A DNA stretch of 64,000 bases, taken from assembly GCA_033763455.1 (NCBI GenBank), contig JANRKO010000059.1, positions 18,375-82,374 of the forward strand, read 5' to 3'. Made by a program: the position numbers and the translations under genes. This DNA is from Polyangiaceae bacterium. GTDB lineage: Bacteria; Myxococcota_A; Polyangia; Polyangiales; Polyangiaceae. The notes under the pieces are model-generated. The model did not search any database. It was not told where the DNA came from and saw only the letters and a list, made by a program, of their open reading frames with translations. Each line of letters opens with the position of its first letter. Position 1 is the first letter of the stretch. Shown one piece after another: positions 25,221 through 35,320 of the stretch.

Positions 25221-27106
25221 AGAACAGTAGCCACGCTCGAAGTTGGCGCGCATGGAGCCTTCTATTCGTGCTCCCGCAAGTTTTGGCTGCTCTTGGTTGC
25301 TCTACCAACGCAGATTTGGCGGCACCCAGCCCTGTTCGCACGAGTCAGAATTCTTGCTCATTGGATAGTGAATGCGGAGCGGGTGTCTGTGTCCGCAGCG
25401 GGGAAGGGGCTCCGGGCGAATGCCGCGCTACCGAAAACCGCTTCACACGAGGGTTATTCGAAGTTTCGTTTCCCGCGAACGCTACAGATAGTGCGGGTGT
25501 GCGCTTTTTTCTGCCAGATCAAGCCATTCCCGGGCAGCCTGGGACATTTGACCTCGAAGCGGCGGGTGTCGTGAAGATCTCTGGGCGCGTGCGTCCGGAG
25601 TTGCTTGGCCAAGTCACAGAAGAGTGCCTGCGGGCGTTTGAAGATCCGGTGACCGGCGAAGGTTATATGCGAGGGCCAGACGGCAGCATTCCTGTGAGAG
25701 TCAGCTTAACACCCGTGGAGCGATTCTTAGGCCTCAACACCCAAACCTACTCGGCCAAGACTATGGATACCAAAGCTGCACCTGTTGGGCATGAATTCGC
25801 CCTCTTGGTGCCGAAAGGGGAGTACGACGTATACGTTCAACCATACAAGTCAACAACGCCAGGCTGTGTGGTGCCACCGGTGAATTTGCGGCGAATATTC
25901 TCTGGAGATACAGTGCTAAGCGTTACGCTCTCGCCACCGGAAGCGCTGGCGCTCAGCGTGCGATATGCGCCATCTGGGTGTGAAGTTTCCACTTGCGGAA
26001 GCTTGGACGGTTGGGCAGTCGAGGTGATCGACAGCGAGAGTGGTCGAGTGCTTTCTAACAAGGTCCCTTTAGTTGACGCCCGAAGCACATTGGTCGGGGC
26101 TACGCGCGCTTATGCGGTGGATCTCTATATTTCGACTTCGAATGTGCCCGCCGTACCAAGTGGGAGCGAGCTTTTGCGTTTGGCCCCTCCCGACGGGGTT
26201 GAAGCTCCGGTGCTTTACATGGAGCGCTCTGGAATCGAGCTGTTTCAGAAGGGGCAGGGGGTTTTCGATGTACCAGTTCAACTCAGCTCGGCGGTAACCG
26301 TCCAGGGCTTAGTGGAGGGTCTCGGAGTTGGTGGCGCTGCCACGGTCGAAACCCAAGCGTCGTTAACCTTCGTGGCCAAAGAGCTTCTCGGTTTTTCGAG
26401 CGGCATGCTAGCGGCTTTTTCGCGCACTATCGACACGGACGCCGAAGGACGTTTCTCGGCGGAGCTGCTCCCAGGCTCCTACACGGTGCGCGCTGTTCCC
26501 AAGCCGGAATCAGGTTTCGCAGCCACTGAGTTAAATTGGTCCGTCAGTGACGCCCCAAAAATGCAGACAGGCAAGGCTATTGAACTTGAACCCAAGGTCA
26601 CGATTCAGGGTAAGGTTCTCGATTTGAGTGGCGGAGGTGCTGTCGGTATGCCGGTTCAGGTGGTGCCTTCTCCTGCAATGCGTCAGCTTACGAGCCTGGA
26701 GCGTTTGTTGGGTACCGAACAAGTTGCGCCGCGTGGAGGCACCCAAACGTTGGATGCGGCAGGCCAGTTCGCCCTGCCCACTGATCCGGGCAAATACGAC
26801 ATCTCCGTTCGTCCGCCCGAAAGCAGTCGTTGGGCGTGGCTCGTTCGCCCGCGGCTTGACGTTATGCAGCCAGGGCTTGATCTGGAACGGATGACTTTGC
26901 CTCTACCGGTTGCCTTCGAAGGGGATGTTCATGCGGGAGCGGCGGGGCTCGTGCCCGGAGCGCTTATTCGCGCCTACCTCTACTTAGATGCCGAAGGCCG
27001 GTACGTGGATGTGCCGGCAAAGGCCACTTCGGTGGTTCAAGTCGCGGAATCGCGCGCAGATGCTGTCGGTCACTTCAATCTGTTGGTTCCAGCCCAACTG
27101 AACTAG
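25217..27106 (+). CDS. hypothetical lipoprotein with beta-sandwich (carboxypeptidase-regulatory-like) repeats
   Basis: Lipobox ALGC, Cys-rich N-terminus, repeated D..G.F...L.PG.Y.V motifs. Confidence 0.7.
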   Translation: MKNSSHARSWRAWSLLFVLPQVLAALGCSTNADLAAPSPVRTSQNSCSLDSECGAGVCVRSGEGAPGECRATENRFTRGLFEVSFPANATDSAGVRFFLPDQAIPGQPGTFDLEAAGVVKISGRVRPELLGQVTEECLRAFEDPVTGEGYMRGPDGSIPVRVSLTPVERFLGLNTQTYSAKTMDTKAAPVGHEFALLVPKGEYDVYVQPYKSTTPGCVVPPVNLRRIFSGDTVLSVTLSPPEALALSVRYAPSGCEVSTCGSLDGWAVEVIDSESGRVLSNKVPLVDARSTLVGATRAYAVDLYISTSNVPAVPSGSELLRLAPPDGVEAPVLYMERSGIELFQKGQGVFDVPVQLSSAVTVQGLVEGLGVGGAATVETQASLTFVAKELLGFSSGMLAAFSRTIDTDAEGRFSAELLPGSYTVRAVPKPESGFAATELNWSVSDAPKMQTGKAIELEPKVTIQGKVLDLSGGGAVGMPVQVVPSPAMRQLTSLERLLGTEQVAPRGGTQTLDAAGQFALPTDPGKYDISVRPPESSRWAWLVRPRLDVMQPGLDLERMTLPLPVAFEGDVHAGAAGLVPGALIRAYLYLDAEGRYVDVPAKATSVVQVAESRADAVGHFNLLVPAQLN

Positions 27107-27232
27107 GGCAGACGCCGTTGGGTTAATGGTTCGGCGGGGGTGCGCGGGAAGTGTGTACTAGCGGGCAGCCGCTTGGGGTCGTATGTTGTTGGTGTGGAGA
27201 GCCCCAACGCGCTGAAGGCGGAGTCCGCTGAA

Positions 27233-28318
27233 ATGCAGCCCACGGAAGCGGACCTAGCGGGTGCGTTGCATGAAGTCAGCAATGCCCTCACCGTCGTTCT
27301 GGGCTGGCTGGACGTCGCGCGGTCGAAAACCGTAGCGGCAGCTCCCCTGGATGCGATTGCCGAGGCACTAGATGTTGCGCAGACGCATGCGCGCTTAGGT
27401 CATCGAGTTGCACGCCAGGCTCTCGGCGTCGATGCTACCAACGCCGGTTCTAATCAGCGTGCCGCGCGAACACTAGCTCACACCGCTTTGCAGGGCGTCT
27501 CACCGCATGCTCAGGCGCGTGACATCGACATGGTGTTAGAGGAGCAGCGCGGTTGTACCGGGCTTGTGCGTGATGCGGCGCCCGTAATTCAAATCCTTAC
27601 GAACTTGTTGTTGAACGCGATTGATATGTCACCCGTTGGATCTCGCGTGGTGCTATCGGTGCGTGGCACTGGCTCAGAGGTTGCCTTCACCGTTGCGGAC
27701 AATGGCCCCGGTATTTCCGAGGAGCGTGCGCCTCGCTTGTTCCTTGGGGGAGAGTCCACCCGGCCCGGCGGCGCTGGTATCGGGCTCCGGCATTCTTTGG
27801 GTGTGGCTCGTGCCCACGAGGGTGACCTTGTGTTGCTTGAGGGCACCCCGCACGCCAAATTCCAGCTCACGTGGCCCCTTGGGGCGGCCTCCTCACCCCG
27901 CCGCCAGGCCCCTACTGCGCAGTCGCTCGAAGGCGCGAGCATTCTCGTCGTTGAAGATGATGTAGCCGTGCGCACCCTGATCGAATTGGCACTCGAAGCG
28001 CGAGGCGCCACGGCCGTAATGGCCGGCTCGCTTTCCGAGTTTCACCACGCAATCCAAAGCGGTCGCGCTTTCGATGCCGCCCTTATGGATCTTTCGCCCA
28101 TCCAGAGCGACATAGACGGCGCCGTTCGAGCGCTCCGCGGCGCGAGCCCCACTACTCGCATCATCATCATCAGCGGTGTCCTAAACGGGCTCCCGGACGA
28201 AGTTTCCGCGCAGATTTCCGCTTGGGTGCGCAAGCCCTTCGAAATGGGGGAAGTCATCGAGACGCTTGGCTACATTCTGGCCAACCCCAACGCCGCCCCC
28301 CTCTCCGTCGCCCCGTAA
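27233..28318 (+). CDS. hybrid histidine kinase/response regulator lacking an obvious sensor domain
   Basis: H-box LHEVSNAL, NLLLNAID, DNGPGI, GAGIGL; receiver VVEDD..LMDL..RKPF; start uncertain. Confidence 0.85.
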   Translation: MQPTEADLAGALHEVSNALTVVLGWLDVARSKTVAAAPLDAIAEALDVAQTHARLGHRVARQALGVDATNAGSNQRAARTLAHTALQGVSPHAQARDIDMVLEEQRGCTGLVRDAAPVIQILTNLLLNAIDMSPVGSRVVLSVRGTGSEVAFTVADNGPGISEERAPRLFLGGESTRPGGAGIGLRHSLGVARAHEGDLVLLEGTPHAKFQLTWPLGAASSPRRQAPTAQSLEGASILVVEDDVAVRTLIELALEARGATAVMAGSLSEFHHAIQSGRAFDAALMDLSPIQSDIDGAVRALRGASPTTRIIIISGVLNGLPDEVSAQISAWVRKPFEMGEVIETLGYILANPNAAPLSVAP

Positions 28319-28421
28319 GGTCCGCGCAATCCAAGGACAAAAGGGGCTTGCGGAAGTCCCGAGCTCTGCGGTAGACCCCACCCCCTGCTCGGCCCGGGCA
28401 CCTCCCAGGCCAATCCAAGAC

Positions 28422-28505
28422 GCGAAGGTGGCGGAACTGGCAGACGCACTAGCTTGAGGTGCTAGCGGGGTTATTCCCATGGAGGTTCAAGTCCTCTCCT
28501 TCGCA
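28422..28505 (+). tRNA. tRNA-Leu (anticodon GAG), CCA not encoded
   Basis: Acceptor GCGAAGG/CCTTCGC + A; anticodon stem CTAGC-TTGAGGT-GCTAG; long variable arm; GGTTCAAGTCC T-arm. Confidence 0.95.
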
Positions 28506-29495
28506 CAAAGGCATTCTAATCGGGGAGTTGCCGACCCCAGCTAGGCGCTCCCGAGCGCTAGCGGGGTAGGGGGCTGGTTTCTGGCCCGGCGGGGTGAAGC
28601 CGGTGGGGCCAGCGCCGGAGAGAGCACGCCGTGCGGCGGCTTGGTTGGGGCGCACGTAGATGGCCGTGGTCGAGATACGGGTGTGGCCGGCGACGAACGC
28701 GGCGCCATTAAGGTTGGTTTCGGCGAGCTGGGTTAGGCGAGCTGAGCGGAGGTCATACGCCGTGAAGGTCTTGGCTTTGGCGGGGGTGAGCACGGCTGCT
28801 GCCGCGGCCCTCAGCTGATCGCGGTAGTCATGGTCGCCGAAGATCAAGCCGTGATCTGGAAGAATGGAGTCGAGCGCCGCGCACGCCTCAGGGCTGAGAG
28901 GAACTTCACGGCTGAAGCGTGCCTTGTCTATGTCCTCGGTGATGGTGAGCGACGTAGCGCCGCGGGTATAGTGCTCGGGTACGCTGAGTGCGTTAAGCGT
29001 GGCCGGTCGCAGAGAGGTTTCAAATGCGACCACGAAACGAGCCCGGATGGGGAAGCGGGAGACCCGCAGGGATTCGGACCATTCGGGTAAGCAGTTAATT
29101 AGTAAACGACATTCCTCAACGCCCAACTCGGTGGATTTGCCACGACGGCGCACACCAAATCGCGTCCCGGTGGCTCGGCGTGCAGGTTTGGGAATAACCG
29201 GAGCTGCGTCGACGTAGCCTTGCTCTTGGCACCAAGCTAAGAACCCCCGCAATGCAGAAAGTTCCTTATTGACCGTCGTTTTGAGGACACTCCCGAGCCT
29301 GTGGCGCATGTAATCTGCCGCCCGTGCTGAAGTGATGGCACCCAAGGTCTTGAAGAAAGGTGCAATGTGGGTGGCACCGTACGTCATCAGGTAGAGATTG
29401 TTCGTTTCTGGGTCGCGTTCGTTCGTAGTTTCCGTGATCCAGCGAGACCAGAGTTCGTCCACGGGCGTGTCAGGGTTGATGGTCCAGGTGCTCAT
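28449..29495 (-). CDS. tyrosine recombinase/integrase (integrated, C-terminally short form)
   Basis: TVNKELSALRGFL, catalytic R (SLRP), K (DKAR), YDLR (Y in place of H of HxxR), GHT, Y (TTAIYV); 3' end runs through attL antisense to the tRNA. Confidence 0.9.
   Translation of the reverse strand: MSTWTINPDTPVDELWSRWITETTNERDPETNNLYLMTYGATHIAPFFKTLGAITSARAADYMRHRLGSVLKTTVNKELSALRGFLAWCQEQGYVDAAPVIPKPARRATGTRFGVRRRGKSTELGVEECRLLINCLPEWSESLRVSRFPIRARFVVAFETSLRPATLNALSVPEHYTRGATSLTITEDIDKARFSREVPLSPEACAALDSILPDHGLIFGDHDYRDQLRAAAAAVLTPAKAKTFTAYDLRSARLTQLAETNLNGAAFVAGHTRISTTAIYVRPNQAAARRALSGAGPTGFTPPGQKPAPYPASARERLAGVGNSPIRMPLCEGEDLNLHGNNPASTSS
28452..28610 (+). repeat. attL (left direct repeat)
   Basis: 156/159 identical to 60500-60658; begins in the anticodon arm. 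Confidence 0.92.
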
Positions 29496-29911
29496 TGTTT
29501 TGCTCCGCTATTGGTTCTGGTGCGCATTTTTTCGAGGGCAGCACGTTCGCTCGCCGTCTTTTCCGAGAGTGGCCGCAGCTGGGTGCTGTATCGAACCACG
29601 GTGTCGATCGCGTTTGCTGCCGCGCTCGCGGGATCTTTTGTTGCCTCCGGCGCCCGCGTAAGGGCGGCAACGAGCGCGCTGCCGGTTGCGTCTATGCTGC
29701 TCCCTAGTTTGGCCCCCGCGTCCCGTATCGCATCCACCAACGACAGACCAACGCCTTGCGCAACCAGCCCTAGATCTTGCACGGCATCAACCACCTGCTT
29801 AATATCGATATCGTTGGTGGCTGGTGTGCACTTGGGTGCTGCGTTTGGCATGGCCGGGCTATGCTCCTTGGCTACGTGGGTCAGATTAGCCCCACCAGAC
29901 CAGGCGGTCAA
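29492..29911 (-). CDS. hypothetical protein translationally coupled to integrase
   Basis: Stop overlaps the integrase ATG; no recognised domain; start uncertain. Confidence 0.5.
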   Translation of the reverse strand: MTAWSGGANLTHVAKEHSPAMPNAAPKCTPATNDIDIKQVVDAVQDLGLVAQGVGLSLVDAIRDAGAKLGSSIDATGSALVAALTRAPEATKDPASAAANAIDTVVRYSTQLRPLSEKTASERAALEKMRTRTNSGAKQ

Positions 29912-29934
29912 TCAAAATAGATAGGAGGCGGAAA

Positions 29935-29960
29935 GGACATTAGGGAGCTCCTAAATGTCC
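29935..29960. promoter_or_regulatory. 26-bp imperfect palindrome, candidate operator between divergent genes
   Basis: GGACATTAGGGAGCTCCTAAATGTCC, 11 of 13 positions complementary. Confidence 0.5.
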
Positions 29961-30024
29961 AGATTGCTCAGAGGGTGCGTGAGCCTCGCCGCATACTTGG
30001 TAAGGTAGTTGCAATTCCTCATTT

Positions 30025-30660
30025 TTGGTGAATAATCCAGCCGTGACAGCCCCTGCACTTGTTGACCCCGCTGAACTTACGGCAGTTCGTGATCAGTTGT
30101 TCAAGTGGCTGAAACAACACGGGTACACCCAAGCCGCGTCCGGCAAAGCCTGGTTTGAGAGCAAGGAATTTAGCAGTTCGGAGCCGCGGGGGAGCTTGGC
30201 CTACATCATTAGTCGGGCCCTTTTTTCAGTTTCGTCTGCGCACGTGAACATCAAACGTTCGGCCACCACAGAGGCATTGACCCAGGCCGCCTTGGTCCGT
30301 GCACGCGTGGTTTCCCTCCAGCAGGCTTTGCGCGGCCTTGATGCCGACAGGGCTCGGAGGGGTTTGCCTACCGCAAGACCCTCCTTTGCCGAATCTGGCG
30401 ACGCCGTGCTTGAGGCCATAAACGCCGTCGTCCAGAGGTTTCAGAGCATCCAAGGAACCACGGTGCCGGTAACCCGTGCTCAGTGGAAACGCTACATCGC
30501 CAAGACAACAACCTCTTTGCAAAAAGCAGGCATGCCCCTGGAAGATATCGCCCGGCTGCTCGCCCCATCGAGTGATCCGGCGGTCTTCAAGGATCGCGCG
30601 CGAAAGCAGCGCGAGCGGGGCACCGTGCAAGGTGCTGGGGTGGAGAAGAAAAAGCGCTAG
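30025..30660 (+). CDS. hypothetical protein, possible C-terminal DNA-binding helix
   Basis: 211-aa ORF divergent from the int operon; GMPLEDIARLL resembles an HTH start. Confidence 0.5.
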   Translation: MVNNPAVTAPALVDPAELTAVRDQLFKWLKQHGYTQAASGKAWFESKEFSSSEPRGSLAYIISRALFSVSSAHVNIKRSATTEALTQAALVRARVVSLQQALRGLDADRARRGLPTARPSFAESGDAVLEAINAVVQRFQSIQGTTVPVTRAQWKRYIAKTTTSLQKAGMPLEDIARLLAPSSDPAVFKDRARKQRERGTVQGAGVEKKKR

Positions 30661-30720
30661 ATTTTGGCAAGTGGCTCCGGAACGGTGGGGCCGTGAGCTG
30701 GCGGTGGGTGAAAGGCTTTT

Positions 30721-30856
30721 GCGCCGTCCCTGAGCCGGCGGTCGTGCGGGACGTTCGTGGTGTAGGTGATCGAAATTGCGCCATAGTTGTGGGCGGTGGG
30801 CGTCACCGAATTGGTTTGATGCCCTCCTCAGCTGCCGCACGAAGCGGCCGCTTGCC
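30721..30856. repeat. copy B of ~136-bp dispersed repeat
   Basis: Matches 15550-15685 in the same orientation. Confidence 0.85.
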
Positions 30857-31244
30857 TCGGCTCTCGGACTTGATCGAAGCGGCCGGCGACGTGAAGGGTA
30901 AGGGTGCCAAACGATCTAGTGGACAGGCGACTCTGGAAGCCGTCGGGGAGGCCGAAATCGAGCAGGCTTGTCGGACCGCTATTAAGCCAGTCAGGGGCTA
31001 GCCCCTGGGCCACGCCGACATCGGCAACGGCTTCTGAAAGTCCCTTCGGCAGCGGTTGCGCGGTGAGGAGAGTTCCGTGTTCCAGCAAGGCGAAGACGTC
31101 GAGATCCTTCGTCGGCCGTTGCAGCACGCCAAGAAGAAGGAGGCTGCCGCCACCGATGACAACCAGCTCGGCAGAGAGGCTTCTCTCCTCGAGTAGCTCG
31201 CCCAATGTGACAAGGGCATCCTCAAGAGACGCTGCGGAGACCAT
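30828..31244 (-). pseudogene. DUF6036-like nucleotidyltransferase, 3'-truncated
   Basis: LVVIGGGSL...RPTKDLD...DWLN.GP motifs; sequence ends shortly after GRFDQV, where repeat copy B begins. Confidence 0.65.
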
Positions 31245-31532
31245 GATTCGAGAGTCTCGCTGCTCGTATCAAGAAAATAAAGTTCTCGATTTAGGTAGTT
31301 AAACTTCTCGATTTTCAGCGGCCCATACCTGTCACGCAGCAGGCATGGGGAGCGCACAGGTCTCACGGGCCGGACGGTCGACCCTTGTTTTTGTGGGTCT
31401 TGGAGCGTCAGCCGAGAGCGAAGGCAGCCAGACCCACAAAACTTTGTTGCGCCGGTCACGCTTCGCTTCGGAGTCGCCTACATTCATCGGAGTGGCTTAG
31501 TCTCAAAGGTTCAACGCCCAAACCCAAGACCC

Positions 31533-32251
31533 ATGATGAAGCTGAGCATTCCCCGCCGAGCACTCCTGCCGTTGGCTCTGTTCGTGAGCGCGTGCGCCCC
31601 CGGCGCTGGAACGCAGGCTCATGACATGAGCGCGGCCCGGCATTTGGCCGCAGCCAAGCAGGAGGATGACCTAGCGTCGCAGCACGCCCCCGGAGCCAGG
31701 GAGCCCCGCACTCGGTGCACTCCGAGCCAAGGCCGCGTGTGCTGGACTGGACGGACAGACACGCCTGACGGCCATCAGCACACCGCCGAGGAACATCTTG
31801 AACTGGCGGCTAAACACCGTGCGGCCTCGAAAGAGCTCATGGACGCTGAGGCACACGCGTGCGCTGGCCTGAGCGATGAAGATCGCGACACGAGCCCCTT
31901 CGCTCACAGCGCTGACATTGAGAGCGTGACCGAGCTTAGGGAAAATGCTCGGCCTGCTAGGGTGAACGTCGGGCGAGATGCTGCGACTCGACTCGCTGGA
32001 GCAACCATTGTGTTTCGCGCCTCACCAGGCCTGACCGTTGAGTGGCTGCAGCGCATTGTGGATTGCCATCTGGCGCGCAACGTGCGGTGGGCCACGATAT
32101 GCCTGAAATGGCCTATTGCCCCCTCGTTCCTCGCGGTGTTGCCGCCAAAGTTTACTCCGCTCGGCGTGGGTTTGCGGTCGACGTCCGCTCGGACGACCCA
32201 GAGATCGCTGCTGAGATCTGGAAACGTGCCCAACAAATTGGAGCAAAGTAA
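31533..32251 (+). pseudogene. His/Cys-rich lipoprotein family copy 1, frameshifted near 32082
   Basis: Paralog of 45003..45719; after DCHLARN the conserved AVGHDMPEMAYCPLVPRG...AEIWKRAQQ continues in another frame to 32251. Confidence 0.8.
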
Positions 32252-32432
32252 CGATGAGCTGTCCTAAGTGCGAGCCCTCGCCCAAGAGTCGCTGGTGGAA
32301 GTGGCCCGCAACCGCCGTCCTGTTAGCGGCAGCCTTGGCCTGGCTGGCAAGCTCTCAAACGCCGTCGCACAGTGTTGGAGAGCCGGCTTTGGGTAGCTCT
32401 GCAGAGTCAAAGTGAGCCTAAAAGGAGCTTGA

Positions 32433-33788
32433 GTGAAAATGGGAAACGACGGATTGAACCGACGAGAAGCTGTGTTCAAATGTGCCGCCATTGCGGGAGG
32501 TGCGGCACTGCTCGCCACCAGACCCGTGAAAGCCGCAACTGGCGACAGCACGCACTCTTGGGAAAAGAGCTACAGCGGTGGAACGCTCGCTGTGAAGGCG
32601 TTACCTCCAGGTGACCCTGGCCGCGACTACACACCCACGATCACCCCCGGAGGTGCTACTGCTGTTTGGAAAATCGTCGAGGGTGTCAAGGTATTCCATC
32701 TTATTGCCGAGGAGGTGTTGCACGAGTTTGCTCCCGGCCTGAAAGGGAAATGCTGGGGCTATAACGGGGGAGTGCATGGCCCGACGATCGAGGCGGTCGA
32801 AGGCGATCGTGTTCGCATCTACGTTACTAACAAGCTTCCCGCATCTACTACCGTGCACTGGCACGGAGTGTTTCTTCCAAATGGAATGGACGGCGTGGGA
32901 GGGCTGAACCAACGTGCTATCCAGCCTGGGGAAACGTTTATGTATGAGTGGACGTTCCGACAATCAGGAACCCTCATGTATCACTCACATCATGACGAGA
33001 TGACCCAAATGGCGATGGGAATGCTCGGAATGATCGTGGTGCATCCGCGGCGTCCTCCACCAGGTTATCGTGTAGATCGCGAATTTGTCATCATGTTGAG
33101 TGAGTGGAAAATCACACCGGGTACGCTGCGCCCGGATCCCAACGAGATGACCGATTTTAACGTGCTCACCATGAACGCCAAGGTGTTTCCGGCTACGCCG
33201 CCGCTGGTATGCAAAACGGGTGATCGAGTGCGCATTCGTTTCGGCAATTTGAGCGCCATGGATCACCACCCCATTCATCTGCACGGGCACTATTTCAAGG
33301 TAGTAGCGACTGATGGCGGCGCCATTCCCGCGGCCGGGCAATGGCCGGAAACCACCGTTTTGGTGCCGACTGGTAGTACGCGTGACATAGAGTTTGTCGC
33401 GGATGCGCCTGGCGACTGGGCGATGCACTGCCACATGACTCATCACGTGATGACTCAGATGGGGCACGGCATTCCGAACATGATCGGCGTGAACACGGAT
33501 AAGCTGGACGGACGTCTGAGCGCGCTCCTCCCAGGCTACATGAGCATGGGGCAATCCGGCATGGGTGACATGGGTGGGATGCAGATGCCAGTGCCGAAAA
33601 ATAGTATCCCGATGGTCGCCACACCCGGACCCCACGATGGCATCACCATGGGAGGCATGTTCACGCTCGTGAAGGTGCGCGACAATTTGAAAAGCTACGA
33701 CGATCCAGGTTGGTACCAAAATCCCCCAGGAACCATGGCGGATGTGGCCACCAAAGCCGCGCTTTTGCGTGATGGGATCAAAGTATGA
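32433..33788 (+). CDS. multicopper oxidase (copper resistance type), Tat signal
   Basis: NRREAVFK twin-arginine; HWHG, MYHSH, HPIHLHGH, HCHMTHH; Met-rich C-terminal region. Confidence 0.92.
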   Translation: MKMGNDGLNRREAVFKCAAIAGGAALLATRPVKAATGDSTHSWEKSYSGGTLAVKALPPGDPGRDYTPTITPGGATAVWKIVEGVKVFHLIAEEVLHEFAPGLKGKCWGYNGGVHGPTIEAVEGDRVRIYVTNKLPASTTVHWHGVFLPNGMDGVGGLNQRAIQPGETFMYEWTFRQSGTLMYHSHHDEMTQMAMGMLGMIVVHPRRPPPGYRVDREFVIMLSEWKITPGTLRPDPNEMTDFNVLTMNAKVFPATPPLVCKTGDRVRIRFGNLSAMDHHPIHLHGHYFKVVATDGGAIPAAGQWPETTVLVPTGSTRDIEFVADAPGDWAMHCHMTHHVMTQMGHGIPNMIGVNTDKLDGRLSALLPGYMSMGQSGMGDMGGMQMPVPKNSIPMVATPGPHDGITMGGMFTLVKVRDNLKSYDDPGWYQNPPGTMADVATKAALLRDGIKV

Positions 33789-35263
33789 AGGCAAGATCGC
33801 ATGGTTTGAATGGGGCGCGTGCAGGGCTTCGCGAGTTCCCGCGCTCCGCGCTTGGCGGAACCTTTGCGGCGGTGGCGCTTGTGGGGTTGCAGGCCTGCGT
33901 CCCGGCGAACGCTGGGTACGAAGATGTTCGGCAACTTACTTCGGCACGCATACATCAGGATGTGCGCTGGTATGAGCACGATTCGGCCAGCAACGTCGAT
34001 AAAGATACATCTGCCTTGATGCGGCGTCCCCTGAACGCGAACGCGGCGGTTCAAATCGCTCTGCTCAACAATCAGGGGTTGCAGGCTGCCTTCGAGGAGC
34101 TCGGAATTGCTCGAGCGGGCCTCGTGCACGCGCTGCGCCTTCCGAACCCAACGGTGGATGCTGCCCTGCGTTTCAAGGGTTCGAGCGAGCCAAACATCGA
34201 TGTGAACGCTCTGGAGGATCTCTCCGAGTTGCTCTACCTTCCGTTGCGCAACGGAGTAGCGAACGCTCAGCTTGAGGTGGCGAAGGCGAGTGTGGTCGGG
34301 CGTGTTTTAGACCATGCGTTCGAAGTGCGCTCAGCATTCTATGGCTATCAAGCGTCGGCCCAGATCTTCGAGCTCGCGCGCAGTGTGCTCGGGGCGGCGC
34401 AGGCTTCCTCCATCGCGAGCCAACAATTGCACGAAGCCGGCAATATCACTGATTTGGCTCTTGCCAGCGAACGCGCGCTCTACGAGGAATCGCGGCTTTC
34501 CTACATGCGCGCCGAAGCAAGCCTCCATGCGCAACGTGATGCGCTCAATGCTCTCATGGGCCTTTGGGGAAAGAACACAGGTTGGACCGCGGAAGCACGG
34601 CTACCTGAGCCAAGCGCAATCACCAGCGTGCTCGACAAGCTAGAGCAACGGGCGCTCGCCAATAGCTTAGATCTGCAGGTAATCAGGCATCGGGGTGACG
34701 CGGCCGCTAAGCGCGCGCATCTGGCGACCCTGCAAGGATGGCTTCCGGAACTCAAGGCAGGGGTGTCCGCGGAGCGGGATGAGCAGGGCGCATGGGGCGT
34801 TGGCCCCGCCGCAGCGATTGCAGTGCCGCTCTTCTATCAAGGGCAAGGCGAGTCGGGCGCGGCGCTGGCCGAAGCGCGCCAGCAGCAAAAGCTTTTTGCC
34901 GATACCGCCGTACAAATTCGCGCCGCTGCCAGAGCGGTCGCCACCGAGCTCGCCGCTGTCGCCAAAAGTGTTGGGTATGTCAAGTCCACCTTGCTGCCGT
35001 TGCGCGCTGAGATCGTAGACGGCACACAACTCCAATACAACGCAATGGGGGTCGGTGTTTCCCAGCTCATTCAAGCCAAGCGCGATCAAATCACTACGGC
35101 GCAGACCTATGTCACCCTCCTGCGAGACTATTGGACCTTGCGCGCCGAAGCCGAAGCGCTGGTGGCGGGGCGCCTGCCTAAGCGCGGCCTAACGTCGGAG
35201 GAAGCAACCCGTGACGCCGCCTCTTTCGAACAGGGGCGCACTGGCGGTCTCCGGCAGCATTAG
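33785..35263 (+). CDS. TolC-family outer membrane efflux lipoprotein
   Basis: Lipobox LQAC; AVQIALLNN.GLQA, two OEP-like helical repeats; coupled to the oxidase. Confidence 0.88.
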   Translation: MKARSHGLNGARAGLREFPRSALGGTFAAVALVGLQACVPANAGYEDVRQLTSARIHQDVRWYEHDSASNVDKDTSALMRRPLNANAAVQIALLNNQGLQAAFEELGIARAGLVHALRLPNPTVDAALRFKGSSEPNIDVNALEDLSELLYLPLRNGVANAQLEVAKASVVGRVLDHAFEVRSAFYGYQASAQIFELARSVLGAAQASSIASQQLHEAGNITDLALASERALYEESRLSYMRAEASLHAQRDALNALMGLWGKNTGWTAEARLPEPSAITSVLDKLEQRALANSLDLQVIRHRGDAAAKRAHLATLQGWLPELKAGVSAERDEQGAWGVGPAAAIAVPLFYQGQGESGAALAEARQQQKLFADTAVQIRAAARAVATELAAVAKSVGYVKSTLLPLRAEIVDGTQLQYNAMGVGVSQLIQAKRDQITTAQTYVTLLRDYWTLRAEAEALVAGRLPKRGLTSEEATRDAASFEQGRTGGLRQH

Positions 35264-35320
35264 AAATTAGTTGTTAACTTGGATTCAATTACCCTCGTTT
35301 GAACAAAAAGGACGACTAAA

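Noticed and set aside
31341..31356. AGGCATGGGGAGCGCA as sigma54 promoter for lipoprotein copy 1
   Set aside because: Has GG-N10-GC spacing but a poor -12 element and no CsoR box; likely by chance in GC-rich DNA
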